Shown: piece by piece, positions 47,953-59,557 of the stretch
Layout of the letters: each line of letters starts with the position of its first letter
How positions within the stretch are numbered: position 1 is the stretch's first letter
DNA from: Podospora anserina
Taxonomy: Eukaryota
Assembly (NCBI GenBank): GCA_017654855.1
Contig: CM030337.1
Span: 3,968,001-4,032,000, forward strand
Length of the DNA: 64,000 nt
Reading direction: 5' to 3'
Translations under genes and position numbers: made by a program
Notes under the pieces: generated by a model
What the model was told of the DNA's origin: nothing
Seen by the model: only the letters and a program-made list of their open reading frames with translations
Database searches by the model: none

Positions 47953-49570
47953 TTACGCTGGCCTGATGCACACAAGAGACTCGGCATTGAACATGTATGG
48001 TATGAATGCCGGTCCGAGCGACCAGCTCTCAAGCCGCCTGGCAACGTTCTACATGTGGTTGGTTAGCAACGGTCTCGCGGATGGCACGAGGGCGTTAACA
48101 ACAAGCTTGCCTTTGCCTCAGAGGTAAGATCCGTCGCGCCGGTTAACTCGTCTTGACACAGGGCTTCCTCCACTGTGCCTTGCCACGCACAGGTGATGGT
48201 GTCGAATAGAACCACCAGCCAGTCCATGCCGACATGGAACGAGGGGAACTGGACGACATATTCCCGGAGAGCGGGCCAGATCACAAAGTCCAGGATCATC
48301 GGGTGTGGCATAAAGTACTGGTTGGGCGTCGGGCGGAGCCACATGGGTATCGACTCGAAATGTTCCTCGGTCGGCATAATCATCCACTGCGTCACCCAGA
48401 ACAGTACGTACATGAATCCAAAGGACGTCATGGAGCGACGCCTCTCGCTCATGATGCTGTGAACAACCCTGACGGCCCATTGCGACAGCAACGGGGCCTT
48501 TTCGAAATGGTCCCGGTCGCACAAGGCCCCCACATGTGCGTGTGTACCCAACACGTCCTCTGGCGACGACGCCTCTTGTAACCTCGCCTGAGCCTCGGCA
48601 AGAAAGCCAAACAGAAACCCTCGCAACGTCCCGTCGAAATCCGAATGGGCGACCATCATGCTCCAACGGGGCACGAACAGGCTGCGAGGTATGGTGCCCG
48701 GGGCGGCGAGCCTGTCGTGGTCGCTGAGGATGTTGGGATGAATCCGAAGGTTGTCTCGGATATGCCGAGGCGCGTTCCAGGCTATCCCACCCTGGAGTCC
48801 GACGGCAAATGGCCATATTTTCACGATCTTCACGCCGGCGGTATGCGTCTTCTCGGAAGCCCCGTCAATCTCTGCATGAGGCTGGGGAGGAGTCTGCAAT
48901 ACAACAACGCTTCCAGCTCTCGGGTCAATTTCCTCGGCCAAGACATTTGAGGGAATGTGTCCAAACTCGCTGCGGTCGAAGGTGGGAGCAAGGAAGTCCT
49001 CCTGGGTGGTTGACAACAACATATTCGGGTGGTAATGCTGGATCTCGACTCCATCGTGATGAATAGAACTTCCAGGAGTCACTGCCCGCGTGGCGATGTC
49101 GGGTATGGCCGAAAGGGATGCGGAAGCTGAAGTCACGGCATGGGCCAGCTGATCGACCGTGTCTCCTAGTTTGAGGCGCGCCAGCAAGAGCGCGGCATCT
49201 TGGTCTGTACTCAACCGAAGTCCATCGACGACGCGTTCCAAGCGGGAGACCTGGGATGTAAGAGCACTGTTTTCGGCTTTGAGCTGGTCGACTCGGGTTG
49301 CACCCTCGGGTCTGTCATACACGCAGACAGCATCTCGACGCAGGCATTCGGTGCATGTTGGGCGTTTTCCATCGCACTGGGCGTTCAAAGAGTCACGTCA
49401 TCAGCATGGGGCCAACAAGAGGACAGAAGGCTCACAAGACTAACCTTTCGCCTCCTCTCTCTGCAGTTGATACACGGGCTTCTGGTTTTGGCAGGCACGG
49501 GCCGGAGGTTGCTACTGGTTCGCTGCTCCCTGGCGACGGCCGAGCGGGTGCTGGCGCCAGCGGGCGCATT
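47953..49570 (-). CDS. Zn2Cys6 transcription factor with DUF3425-like C-terminus (5' end possibly frameshifted)
   Basis: CINCRERRRK|CDGKRPTCTECLRRDAVC across an intron. WLRPTPNQ...PHPMILDFVIWPALR. A GC-AG intron at 48110-48049 joins LESWSLGPAF. No in-frame ATG found for the cluster exon. Confidence 0.72.
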
Positions 49571-50367
49571 AGTCTCGAGAACCCCAGCTCAGTGTGTATC
49601 TGATTGTGTAGATAACGGCCGAGTTTTCGAGCTATGGCGGTCAGCGCCACAAATTTAGCAATCTCTTAACCGTGACCCCCCAGTGGGCGGGCTGGGATGT
49701 CTCCATGAGACACGTGGGGGGAGGGGGGAGGTGGAGAGGGGGGGGGAGGAGGGGCAATTGCCGCATTGAGGAACCGGACCCTAACCCGACTTCTGTTAAG
49801 TTCCAGCGGCATCGGTCGAGTTGGGCAGCTTGTGTGCGTCGCCCGCGAGAATGCGAGTAGTCATGGTATGGTAAGACAAAGACAGCCTAGTCTGCTGGTA
49901 TGGATGAGGTTTGGCAACTTGGCTCTCTAGTTGTGGTCTTTATTAGCCGCTTTCGATCAGGCAAATGTCTAGATGGTGGGAACTGGAAAGAAGAGAATCT
50001 TCTCTGCCCAGCGGCCTGTGTATGATGACACTACCTGCCATAAGGCAACTGGTACAAGATTGCCATTCACCACGCATGAACTACGGTAGATTGGCCACGG
50101 GGTGTGATTGGCTGGTTTTGTGTGGATTCTCCTGTTGCAGGTCCCCTTATGACGATGTGGAGCATATTCCTGAATCTCTGGCACAGCCAAGCGGGGACCC
50201 GGGCAGAAGACCAGGCTTCTCCATGTTGGAATTCAAAGAGGACTAGAAGAAAACAAGCTTTAGCATTGGGCAGAATCATGGACTGTGGCTTGTAGACTGA
50301 AACCTTGTACAACGTACACACCTTGGGCTAAGCTACAAAACACCACCTATCCAGATACCTACCCATC

Positions 50368-51393
50368 CTACACAAACTCATAACACAAATAACCCCCCTT
50401 GATATCCATCACATCCGCCACCGTCGCATTTGGAATGATCCCCAACGAAGACATGACATGCCCCAAAGTAATCTCCTTGCCCCCATCACCACTCGTCGGA
50501 TCCGGCGTCACGGCCAAAATCTCAGCAGTAGGCTTCCCCCACATGGCAGATTCCACCTCCATACCACCCGGAAACTCGGAAAACCCCACCGCCGGATCCT
50601 GCGCGTTGAGCCCGCTGATGTCCTTGAGCCTCGTATTGAGATCTTTCTTTTGCCAGTCCCACCACATCTTGTCCACGAAGCCGTGATGCAAAAAGAACAA
50701 CGGGTCGCCTGACGAGGTGATTGAGTCCCCGTCCATCATTGCCAGCGCCATGTGCCCGACGAGATGAGGGCCCGAGTAGATGGCGTCCAGTGCCTGGCTG
50801 TAGGTTGGCCCGCTGATCGCCGAGGCGACATAGGTGGCACCACACTGTGTGCTGAGGGCGTTGGTGATGCGCCGGTTGACGCAGCGTGGTTGTGACTTGA
50901 ACCCTGGGCCGATATTGACGGTGAGGTTTGCAAAAGGGCCATCAGCCACGCAGTTCTTTGAGCCTTTACCGGTGCCGCCGAAGCCAGTGACGGGATCGAA
51001 GACGGGGCTGGAGGAGAATTTGCCTGCGTCGCGGGTCTCGTCCCAGTAGGGGAGGGGGCCAGAGTAGCCGCATTCTTTGAGGAGGAAGGCGAGGATGTTG
51101 ATGTAGTACCGGTGATATGGGAGGAACTGGCCCGTGGTGTGGATTTGCAGGGCGTGAATTTGGTGAAGAGAGACAAGTTCGTCCCAGCGGGTTTTGGCGC
51201 CGGGGAGGCGGTTGAGCTTTTGGGGAGATTTGAGGAGGCAGACGTTGGCGGCGAGGTAGGCTTTCTTGTCGGCTTCTTTCATGTCATGCCATGAAGGACG
51301 TTTCTGTGGGTTGGTGCATGCTGTGGCTGCGGGCACGGCGGCGCTGAGAGCGGTGCTGGCCGTGAGCAGGGCGATGAAGAAATCTCGGAGCAT
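50368..51393 (-). CDS. Secreted tyrosinase/type-3 di-copper protein
   Basis: Signal peptide. CuA H...IH...FLPYHRYY, LPYWDE, CuB PHLVGH and DPLFFLHHGFVDKMWW. Confidence 0.92.
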   Translation of the reverse strand: MLRDFFIALLTASTALSAAVPAATACTNPQKRPSWHDMKEADKKAYLAANVCLLKSPQKLNRLPGAKTRWDELVSLHQIHALQIHTTGQFLPYHRYYINILAFLLKECGYSGPLPYWDETRDAGKFSSSPVFDPVTGFGGTGKGSKNCVADGPFANLTVNIGPGFKSQPRCVNRRITNALSTQCGATYVASAISGPTYSQALDAIYSGPHLVGHMALAMMDGDSITSSGDPLFFLHHGFVDKMWWDWQKKDLNTRLKDISGLNAQDPAVGFSEFPGGMEVESAMWGKPTAEILAVTPDPTSGDGGKEITLGHVMSSLGIIPNATVADVMDIKGGYLCYEFV

Positions 51394-51832
51394 GTTGCCG
51401 ACTTTTTGGGTTCACTTTAGAGTCCAAGCCAGGCAGGACATTTTGGCGGTGCATTCGAGTTCAGATATAGATTTTCAGCATTTGACTGGTTTGTGCGTGT
51501 GCCCCAGTTGTGTCAGACGATGGAATCATGGATATTGACATACCTACATCAACTGTGCCAACAGAAATTGAATCTTCGGTTGCGGATAAATCTTGGGTGG
51601 CCATCTCCCCACAAAAGCAATTTCCAAGTGCCGCCCGTTCCTGCCGAGCGCTGTTGACTAGCAGCAGAGTATTATTTGGAGAATTTGCTTCCGAGCTTTT
51701 TCTGCGGTTGGTGGCTTCATGTTAACCCCATTGGTGCGCATCTACAACACATAGCCTGTCATATTCAGTATTACGTGGCCAAGGAATTGAGGCTAGATTT
51801 CTGTTGTTCTTACAGTACAAATACATCTTCAG

Positions 51833-53521
51833 TCAGGTGTTGAGAGTAAGCCGACGCTCTGAGGTGGTCTCTTCATCTCCTCCTTCATCCTCTTCCCACT
51901 CTGCATCCTCTTTCGGGCCATCCACTTCTTCATCCTCCGTAACTGGACCAGGATCCGGAGGCACAAGCACTTCGGGATCATCCGTGATACTAAGAAACTT
52001 TCTTCTCGCTTCCAAATGTGACCTTTCTCCCGCCCTTAGAACGGTGTTTGTAGTACGTCGTCGTGGGCTCGAATCACCAGGCGAGATATCATCAAAAGTT
52101 GAGGAGGAAAACGTTATATTGCTAAAAGAAGAGAATTACCCTCCAAAGCTGAGCAAAGCCTATAAATTATCGTCCTCCACCAATCCCCACTTATCGCCCC
52201 ACATGTTCCAACACCCTATATTATATCGAAAGGAGTTTTCAAACTGCTCAAAGTAATGCTTGGGTGTGCAGCGCTCGTGACCAGGCATGTATGTGAACCT
52301 GGAAGAGTACTCAACCTGCAGTTTCAAAATGGTTGTTCAAGCTTTTCCCTGGTGGTAAGTATGTTGTCTCCTCGAGCCGGGTCGTCTTTACTGGCTGGGT
52401 CGAAGTTCCCGATCCCGTCTTCTGACCATTTCTGGGGTATGCTGGAGAGGAGGATAGCGTCACACTTCAGTCCAGCCTTTCCTCCATCAGCATCCGACGG
52501 AGAAGACTCGTGACAATGACCCTTCCACTTTCCTGGGGCGATTCTACCAAAGGTCTCATCTCTGAACCCTACACAAACGGCCCCGCTCGAGGGACTCGGA
52601 ACGGTTGCTATCTATGAGCTCTGGAATGAGGTCAATAACGCTGGAAAAGATGGCAACAAACGGGCTGGGTAGTACATACCTGGAAGGTCCGGCAGTCCAC
52701 AGTCCATTTCTCCTGGTGTTGTGAGCAAGAGACCTAGATCTCAGTTGTCGTCCTCGGTTCTAAGCAACCACTCTTTGATTTCCTCGTTTTGGGATTGGCT
52801 GGTGTCTCCAGACCTAGTCTGCTGTTCCGATCCTTCCTCTTTTGTTGTAGCTGCTTCCTCGCTTCCACTTTGCTCGACCTGATTGGATTCAGCAGGAGCT
52901 GGGACAAAACAAGCTCGATGAAGTCTTTCAACTGCATCAAATACAACTTCTCAACACCCAAGTTCCAGTCAATACGCATCATCCACACTCTTTCTTCTGT
53001 CCTTACCTCTTCTTCCAATCTGTCTCGTATAGCCTTGAGCCATCGCGAAACCCAGGGGCCGAGCTTCCGAGATAGGGCGTATTTGTCCGCCAACACAAGG
53101 ATGCGGTACAATTCCTCTGTCGACGGAGATGAAGGAACAGATTCAAAATTGCCGTGCGTGATATGGAACAGGGTTTGCATATCGCAGGGTGAGTCCTGAG
53201 GCAATGACACGGTCTCCAAGACAGACTGGATGAGGAAGATGGCTTCCATGATTCTGCCCAGAGTCCTCCAAATAGCATCGCCTTGAACGCCGGAGAAGAC
53301 CGCTGCAGGGCTCAGGAGCACACATGAAAGTTTGTTGGGTTTTGGATTCTAGGGCGCTGCCGGTGCGCAGTATTAGATCGCCATCCGGGCGACCAAGACG
53401 GTTGTGACCCCTTCGATATGGGGCTCCCGCAGTTGATGGCGTTGGTGTCGTAGCATTGACATTTTGTGAAGTCTGTTTTTCTTGAGATAGAAGGAGAAGA
53501 GGAATCTGGTAAGCGAGTCAT
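51833..53521 (-). pseudogene. BTB/POZ paralogue G, frameshifted and rearranged
   Basis: PDGDLILRTG, SSPAFKAMLFG, LPQDSP, HITHGNF, LYRILVLADKY, LGPW and WNLG occur across shifted frames. Two C-terminus-like segments near 52800 and 52010. Confidence 0.7.
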
Positions 53522-53946
53522 TTTGAGGGATTGGTCAAGCTGATGCTGCCTTGCTGGTGCGCTGTCAGGTTGACAGCTTCATGCCATCCGATTGCTCTCT
53601 AGTGGCATGCCAAGCCCAATTTATCCCGTCCACGTATTCGACCCCAACCCGCCACGGCGACCAGCCTTTCATCTCTGCTACATTTTATGGAACGAACTCG
53701 ACAGTTTGTAGGAAAGGTAGTGTTTATTCCAGTGGATGGTATCAGCTGATGTTGAGAGAGTCGGATTTCCAGTTGTCAAGAGTGTTGTTCTGTGTTGATC
53801 GGCGTTAGCAGCGGCTCTCGGAATTTGCCGAGATGTTCTTGTCGTTAAGAAAAAGATATGGCAGCCTGTCAAGAAAAGGTCCAATACTGTGACTGGCACT
53901 GCTTCAGCCTCAACCGCTGTTTTGGGTGAAGTTATCACGACCTCTA

Positions 53947-55240
53947 CTGTGGTTACGTACAAAAGTTTTGCCCCCTTGTCAAGTACCGCCCAGGGCCTTG
54001 TTTTTTTGGCTAGGCCAACTTCGGCCAAAATTCTACCGCAATTTCCTCCAGACCAGTATTTTCCACCTTTCAACACCACTTAGCCAGCCAGCCAGCACCA
54101 CAATAGCTCCCAATCGCCACCTTACTACTGAAGAGCGTCAACGAATTCGTACCCTTTATTTCGACGGCCACCTTAGCCAACCCCGAATTCAAGAAACCAC
54201 TGGTTATACGAAATACCAAATCCGCCATGCGATACGAGCCCCGGCGGCCGAGGTCGCCCCACGATCTGGCCGACCACGCGTTATTACGGCCGATCAAGAG
54301 CTCGAGCTTATTCGGTATGTGTGTGAATCAAAGGCACACCGTCGGATGAGCTTCCTGGAGCTTTCTATTACCCTTTTCAACTCCCTTCTTAACTGGATTA
54401 CGATTCGCAACGCCCTTTACCGCCACGGATTTCGCCGTCGAGTTGCTCGGAAGAAGCCTCCTATTTCAGAAGCCAACCAGCAAAAGCGACTGGCCTGGGC
54501 TATAGAACATAAAGACTGGACTCTCGAACAATGGCGTACAATCCTTTGGAGTGACGAAACCTGGGTAGTTGGTGGTCCTCACCGTAAGCAGTATGTTACA
54601 CGCCGAATCGACGAGGAATGGGACCCTACTTGTATCGTTGAAAAGCACCAGAGAAAAGGAGGGTGGATGTTCTGGGGCTGCTTTTACGGCTCAACTAAAG
54701 GCCCTGGTATCTTCTGGGAAAAGGAATGGGGATCGATCAATGAGTATTCTTACCGAAAGAATATCCTTCCTAACGTCCACGAATTTATTAACGATACCTT
54801 CGAGCAACACCATTTACAGCTTTCTTTTATGCAGGACGGCGCACCTGGCCATCGAGCGGCCGGTACGAAGAAGGATCTTGAGAATAGGAAGATTAGAGTA
54901 GTTGATTGGCCTCCTTTTTCCCCAGATTTAAACCCTATTGAATCCTGTTGGAATTGGATGAAGGATTATATTGAGGATAAATACGGCCTTGAGGAGAAGC
55001 CGTCGTACGCGAAGTTGAAGAGGTACGTGGAGGAGGCCTGGCAAGAGCTTCCGGAATCTTACCTTCAAACGCTGTTGGATTCGATGCCCAGTCGGTGTGA
55101 GGCAGTAATTGCAGCGAATGGTATGCATACAAAATACTAGCTATAGATATGGTGATTATTTTGTAGAATACAATCGTCAGGGTGGACCTTGACTAGCGCG
55201 AGTACTTGACAAGAAGGCAAAACTTACCCCTGCACCACAG
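53947..55240 (+). mobile_element. Tc1/mariner (DD34E) DNA transposon, 1294 bp
   Basis: TA TSDs at 53945-6 and 55241-2. Imperfect ~40-bp TIRs CTGTGGT...AAGTTTTGCC..CTTGTCAAGTAC. Confidence 0.92.
54103..55140 (+). CDS. Tc1-like transposase, open frame but predicted start codon reads ATA
   Basis: HTH region, RSGRPR, WSDE, MQDGAPGH, SPDLNPIE (34 residues between the second D and E). No internal stops. Confidence 0.85.
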   Translation: MAPNRHLTTEERQRIRTLYFDGHLSQPRIQETTGYTKYQIRHAIRAPAAEVAPRSGRPRVITADQELELIRYVCESKAHRRMSFLELSITLFNSLLNWITIRNALYRHGFRRRVARKKPPISEANQQKRLAWAIEHKDWTLEQWRTILWSDETWVVGGPHRKQYVTRRIDEEWDPTCIVEKHQRKGGWMFWGCFYGSTKGPGIFWEKEWGSINEYSYRKNILPNVHEFINDTFEQHHLQLSFMQDGAPGHRAAGTKKDLENRKIRVVDWPPFSPDLNPIESCWNWMKDYIEDKYGLEEKPSYAKLKRYVEEAWQELPESYLQTLLDSMPSRCEAVIAANGMHTKY

Positions 55241-55575
55241 TAGAATGCTGAATCCCTGACAGACCAGGAACTGTGAAGAGGAGAGTTATGACGTCATATG
55301 CCCGGCAAAAGTGTGCTAGACTGGAAGAGGCATGCCAGGAGGCCAACACGGGCCACAGCCGCCCGTTGAGATGGATCTCTGCCAGGGATATCCATGTGAT
55401 CAGGGGAACAACGATCCCATGAACGACCCCTATCCGGCGAGTTCCAGGTTTCTGGCCTGTTGTGTGACGGCCACGACAGATCTTCTAGAAAATCTCGACA
55501 TGGCCGTTGTATTTACCCTTCTGATCTCACGTCCGTCCCTTCATCTCAGCCCCGAAGTCGCCTGAAAATCCCCCG

Positions 55576-58064
55576 ATGATCTTCCCTCGTTCCTCCGCCC
55601 TGGCCGCGGGGTTGATAGGGCTGACCCCACTCACAGCTGCTTTCGGGACCATCAACGAACCGGTGGGCAGTCATCCCTTGTTTTGGCAGTCCTTGAGGAA
55701 ACTCACTGACACCTCTTGTAGGTAATCCTCGGCCAGCATAATGAACATGAAATGGTTACACGACTCGCCTTTCAGTGCCCAAGTGGCCAGAAAAGCGATG
55801 GGGTGTGTTTTGAGCCCCGGTCGCTCGATCAACTGGCAGGCTATCATCGAGAAGTGATGGGTGTAGCCCTCCCCGGAGCAGGATTTAATGGCGCGGTCGG
55901 AGCTCCAGATACCCTCGACCCGGTACCTGAAGGACCAGAAGCGCACTGCGACGATGCCGATTTTGTCGACATTCCGGGATACCCGCAGAGCCGGAAAGAG
56001 GCCAACAAGAATCTCCAAAAATGTGTCGATCACCTACGAGCACGCTTCCGACAGGCATGGGTATCAGCGGAGATGCTTGTCGATGAAAGGCGAAGGATCC
56101 GGCCCGGGGAGGTCGAGCTGACGAATGCTTTTGGTGGAGACTGCAATTTTGCTTTCCCCTCCCTTCAGATCAATGTCTTTGCGCGAGCCAAGTGTAGCAC
56201 TCTCGAAGGGTTTGGCCGCGCGTTACATGGTGTTCAAGACTTTTACTCCCACAGCAACTGGGCTGATGAAACCGACACAAGCAAACCCATCAGCGAGACC
56301 AACCCACCAGGGCTTGCCTTGCATGGCACCGCGAAGTTTTTGGACCTGAGGGCTTCTGGGCCGATACCAGAAGATCAGATCCCTTACAACCTAACAACGG
56401 GTTGCTTCACGATACCAGACGGGACTCCAGGATCCGGAGACTGCGCTGGTCGGGTGACACATCATGCCCTAAACAAAGACCATGGTGTCATTCACCTAGA
56501 TGGAACTTTTGGTGATGCGGGGCCCGGGTCTCCTCGGAGCGAGGCCATATCAAGGAACTTTGAGAACGCCGTACGTTGTGCGGTACAAAGTTCCAAGGAG
56601 ACCTGGGCTGCGTTTCGCGAACACCTCAGGGAGCAGTACGGAACTGTGGCCGGCAATCTTATGATCTGTGCTCTGGTGCGCGATGATCCAATCAAAGATT
56701 GTCGCAAACGGATGGCTGTCATTGCCCTGGATGCCTCTAGCAGAAGCGGTGCTGTTGAGGCATCTGGCTTGCAAGTTCAGATTGCTCAAGAGTTCAAGTT
56801 GAAGTTATCTTCACATGGGCTGGACCGAATTGAAGTCATGGAGTTTGCCGAGGCCCCCAAGATTGTTCACCCTATGGGCTTCCCAGAGTCGGTGACCTTT
56901 AGTGAGCTGGATACTAAAGGAAGGACCAATATCGGCAACGCGCTTGACGTTGCCATTGACGATATCATCCAGTCACAGCCGGACACGTACACGGACAGAG
57001 GTGCCGTAGTGCTCCTGACGGCGGGCGCGGAACCCGAAAACACGAAAGAAAACCAGGAACTGGCTGAATATGCCCTCGCCCAAGTTGAACGCGCTGCCAA
57101 AGAAGGTGTCCGCATCCACTTCGGTTGCATCAATCCACCACGGCCATTCAATGATGATCCAGATCGGTCTTGGCATGAATGTGCCCCCGGTCACTCGATC
57201 ATCCCCGCTGTCCTCAAAACAGGCGGCACTTTTGCTTACATCAATCATGTTGCGGGGAGACCAGATCTCACACCGGCCCCGCACTTCATTAGCACCATCA
57301 TGTCTCGTGGCCTAACCTCCACTGATGAGTATGAGCCCGAACTGACCCGAATATACCCTGGAATCACCATTGCCGCCCTTCTCAGCGCCAAAGATTACCC
57401 CTCCAAATCCTTGTTCTACCCGGCCAGCCCGTCAGAAAGGATCAACATTACCATTCGCGACCGGGCTCTAGACGGCCAAGGCGTAGCCAACGGTGGAGGT
57501 GGCTGCTTCTCCATCACACTCCGCGACCGAAAGCTCGACGATCTCAAGATAGCAACCTACACCAGCTGTGGTACCGAGCCATTGATGCTGAACTACGAGG
57601 CGCTACAGGACGTTGATTTGTTGGTGGTGGCTGAGCTGGGTGATCCGCATCACCCGCAGCAAGAGGGATCACCGAACCCACAGGGCGTTGTGTTCACATT
57701 GGAGCTGAGCAGTAACATGCCGGCAAAGAATGAGACATCTACCATGACTACGTCGAGTGTGGTGAGCTCCAAGGCAACGCTTAAAATGACAGAGGAGGCA
57801 GGAATCAAGACCGAGGAGTTCTTGACAAGTGAGACGGTTGAAGTGTTTGAGGAGGCGGCGACGGTGAATGGGACTGCGTCGACGACGTCGAAGGGGAGCC
57901 ATACGGTCAGTGGGGGTGATGGGGTAACTGGGAGTGCAATGCCAGCTCAAGAAGCGATGGTGACTGGCAAGGAAAGTATGGCTAGTATGGAGGATGTATA
58001 TGTGACGACGATAGCTGGGAATTTTAGCGGGGAGGATGCAGATGATATTCCGGACTTGAGGTAG
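55576..58064 (+). CDS. Secreted CinY/HET-C-like Zn-dependent domain plus vWA-like domain and Ser/Thr tail (intron 55663-55721)
   Basis: Signal peptide. HNEHEMVTRLA, CFEPRSLDQLAG, GAVGAPD, GRALHGVQDFYSHSNW, LNKD. vWA-like VIALDASSR, TNIGNAL, VVLLT. Confidence 0.75.
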
Positions 58065-58573
58065 ATAGTTGTGGAGTACGAAAGATGTTGGAAATGATAC
58101 CCTTGTTATGTCTTTTGATGCCGGCATCAGCGCCGATTGAGTGCTGCGTAGACATCTGTGAGGCCTGGACACTGACCCGCTGCCTTTTTCTTCCACTCAT
58201 TCCGCAGGCATCACCAACATCACCAGTTTGCCCACGCATTCGTCGCGTCTCAGAACATCTACTTCACAGAGTTGCTAGGACTCTCTTTGAATAGGGGACA
58301 GAAAGATAGGTAGGCAACTGATTCTGTGAGACAAGCACATAACTGTTAAGAAGAGAGTCTAACAGTTCAGGCTAAGGTACAAGGATGTTTCGAGTTTAAG
58401 TGCCTGGGTACGCACCTATGCACAATCTATCTGAAGAAATGAATAAAGTAATGATTAGCTACTCATATGTCTATCTGTCTATCCAGAAGAAAAGCGAAAC
58501 GTGCTGATCCATACCGATCAAAACGTCCCCAACCACCATAACCATGACCCCATGCTAAATAGAAAATCGTCCC

Positions 58574-59557
58574 CTAGGGGACTTCCACATAAGCGTGAGG
58601 CTTCGAGACATCCGGGACAGACCTTGGCCAGATCAAAGCAGAGAGCGCTGCGAACAAGGGCATGACGGAGCCGAGATTGTTGACACGCGGATAGACAGAC
58701 TCGCATGGGGCGTAGATGCGGACCGGGCGACCATATAACGCGGTCATTTCATCGAAGTAGAAAGATTGCAATTCTCGAATGTCTTGCTCGGTGACGTGCA
58801 CAGGGGGATAGTTCATGATGCTGTGGTTGTTGGGCCTCCCGTATGTAACCGACCATTCAGCTTCTTTCCAAGAGGCAAATTCGTGACGTAGTCCGAGGAT
58901 GTGACCGACTTCGTGAGCGAGGATAGAGATTTGGGTCTGAATATACTTGTCGCTAAATGCCAGGCCGTAAACATGTAATGTTCGTTGCTCAGCTGCCTCA
59001 TTGTTTGGGAGCAATGCTCTCGCAAGTGTGGTGCTGGAGCCCTCCAAAGGCTGATCCATATACACCACACGAAAGTGGGCTGGGCTGTTCCGGGACACCT
59101 CCTCGAACCTCACAGGAATAGCTGCGTATTTTGCGATTGCGGCTTGAAGATTGGTCCTGCAGAGCGTAACGGCGGTCTTGTCACGGAAAGACTCCTCGCA
59201 GATAACGTACTTCAGAATCATGCCAAGACGCCAGCGTGGTACCTCATCGATCCAGCCAACCTGTACGCGGAGTGCAACATCGATGCCGGGTGATTGTGTC
59301 GAGCAGTCTGGCTTGAACATTTCGGTTTTTGAGGAGGGACTGTTGAACCGGCGAATTCTGACAACAACGGAGATTACCAAGATGGGCAACCAGGCCAATG
59401 ACCTGCTGTATTTCCTTCGGGTGACAAAGGAAGCCACTAGAAGAACAATAACAGGGAGGGTGACGACCAAAAAGGTAGGGTATTTTTGGGGTTGTCGAAG
59501 AGAAGAGCTTTCAGAATGAATGGGCCAACGATCAACCTCGTTGACATTGATGGCCAC
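58574..59557 (-). CDS. Metzincin zinc metalloprotease (matrixin-like); start uncertain
   Basis: HEVGHILGLRHE (HExxHxxGxxH) and Met-turn SIMNY. Confidence 0.82.
   Translation of the reverse strand: MAINVNEVDRWPIHSESSSLRQPQKYPTFLVVTLPVIVLLVASFVTRRKYSRSLAWLPILVISVVVRIRRFNSPSSKTEMFKPDCSTQSPGIDVALRVQVGWIDEVPRWRLGMILKYVICEESFRDKTAVTLCRTNLQAAIAKYAAIPVRFEEVSRNSPAHFRVVYMDQPLEGSSTTLARALLPNNEAAEQRTLHVYGLAFSDKYIQTQISILAHEVGHILGLRHEFASWKEAEWSVTYGRPNNHSIMNYPPVHVTEQDIRELQSFYFDEMTALYGRPVRIYAPCESVYPRVNNLGSVMPLFAALSALIWPRSVPDVSKPHAYVEVP

Noticed and set aside
53926-54102. ORF-track N-terminus of the transposase
   Set aside because: Begins at GTG outside the element and runs through the TIR.
55576-58064. het-c allorecognition orthologue
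   Set aside because: Only the short Zn-motif region is shared. The architecture differs and no adjacent HET-domain (pin-c-like) gene is seen.
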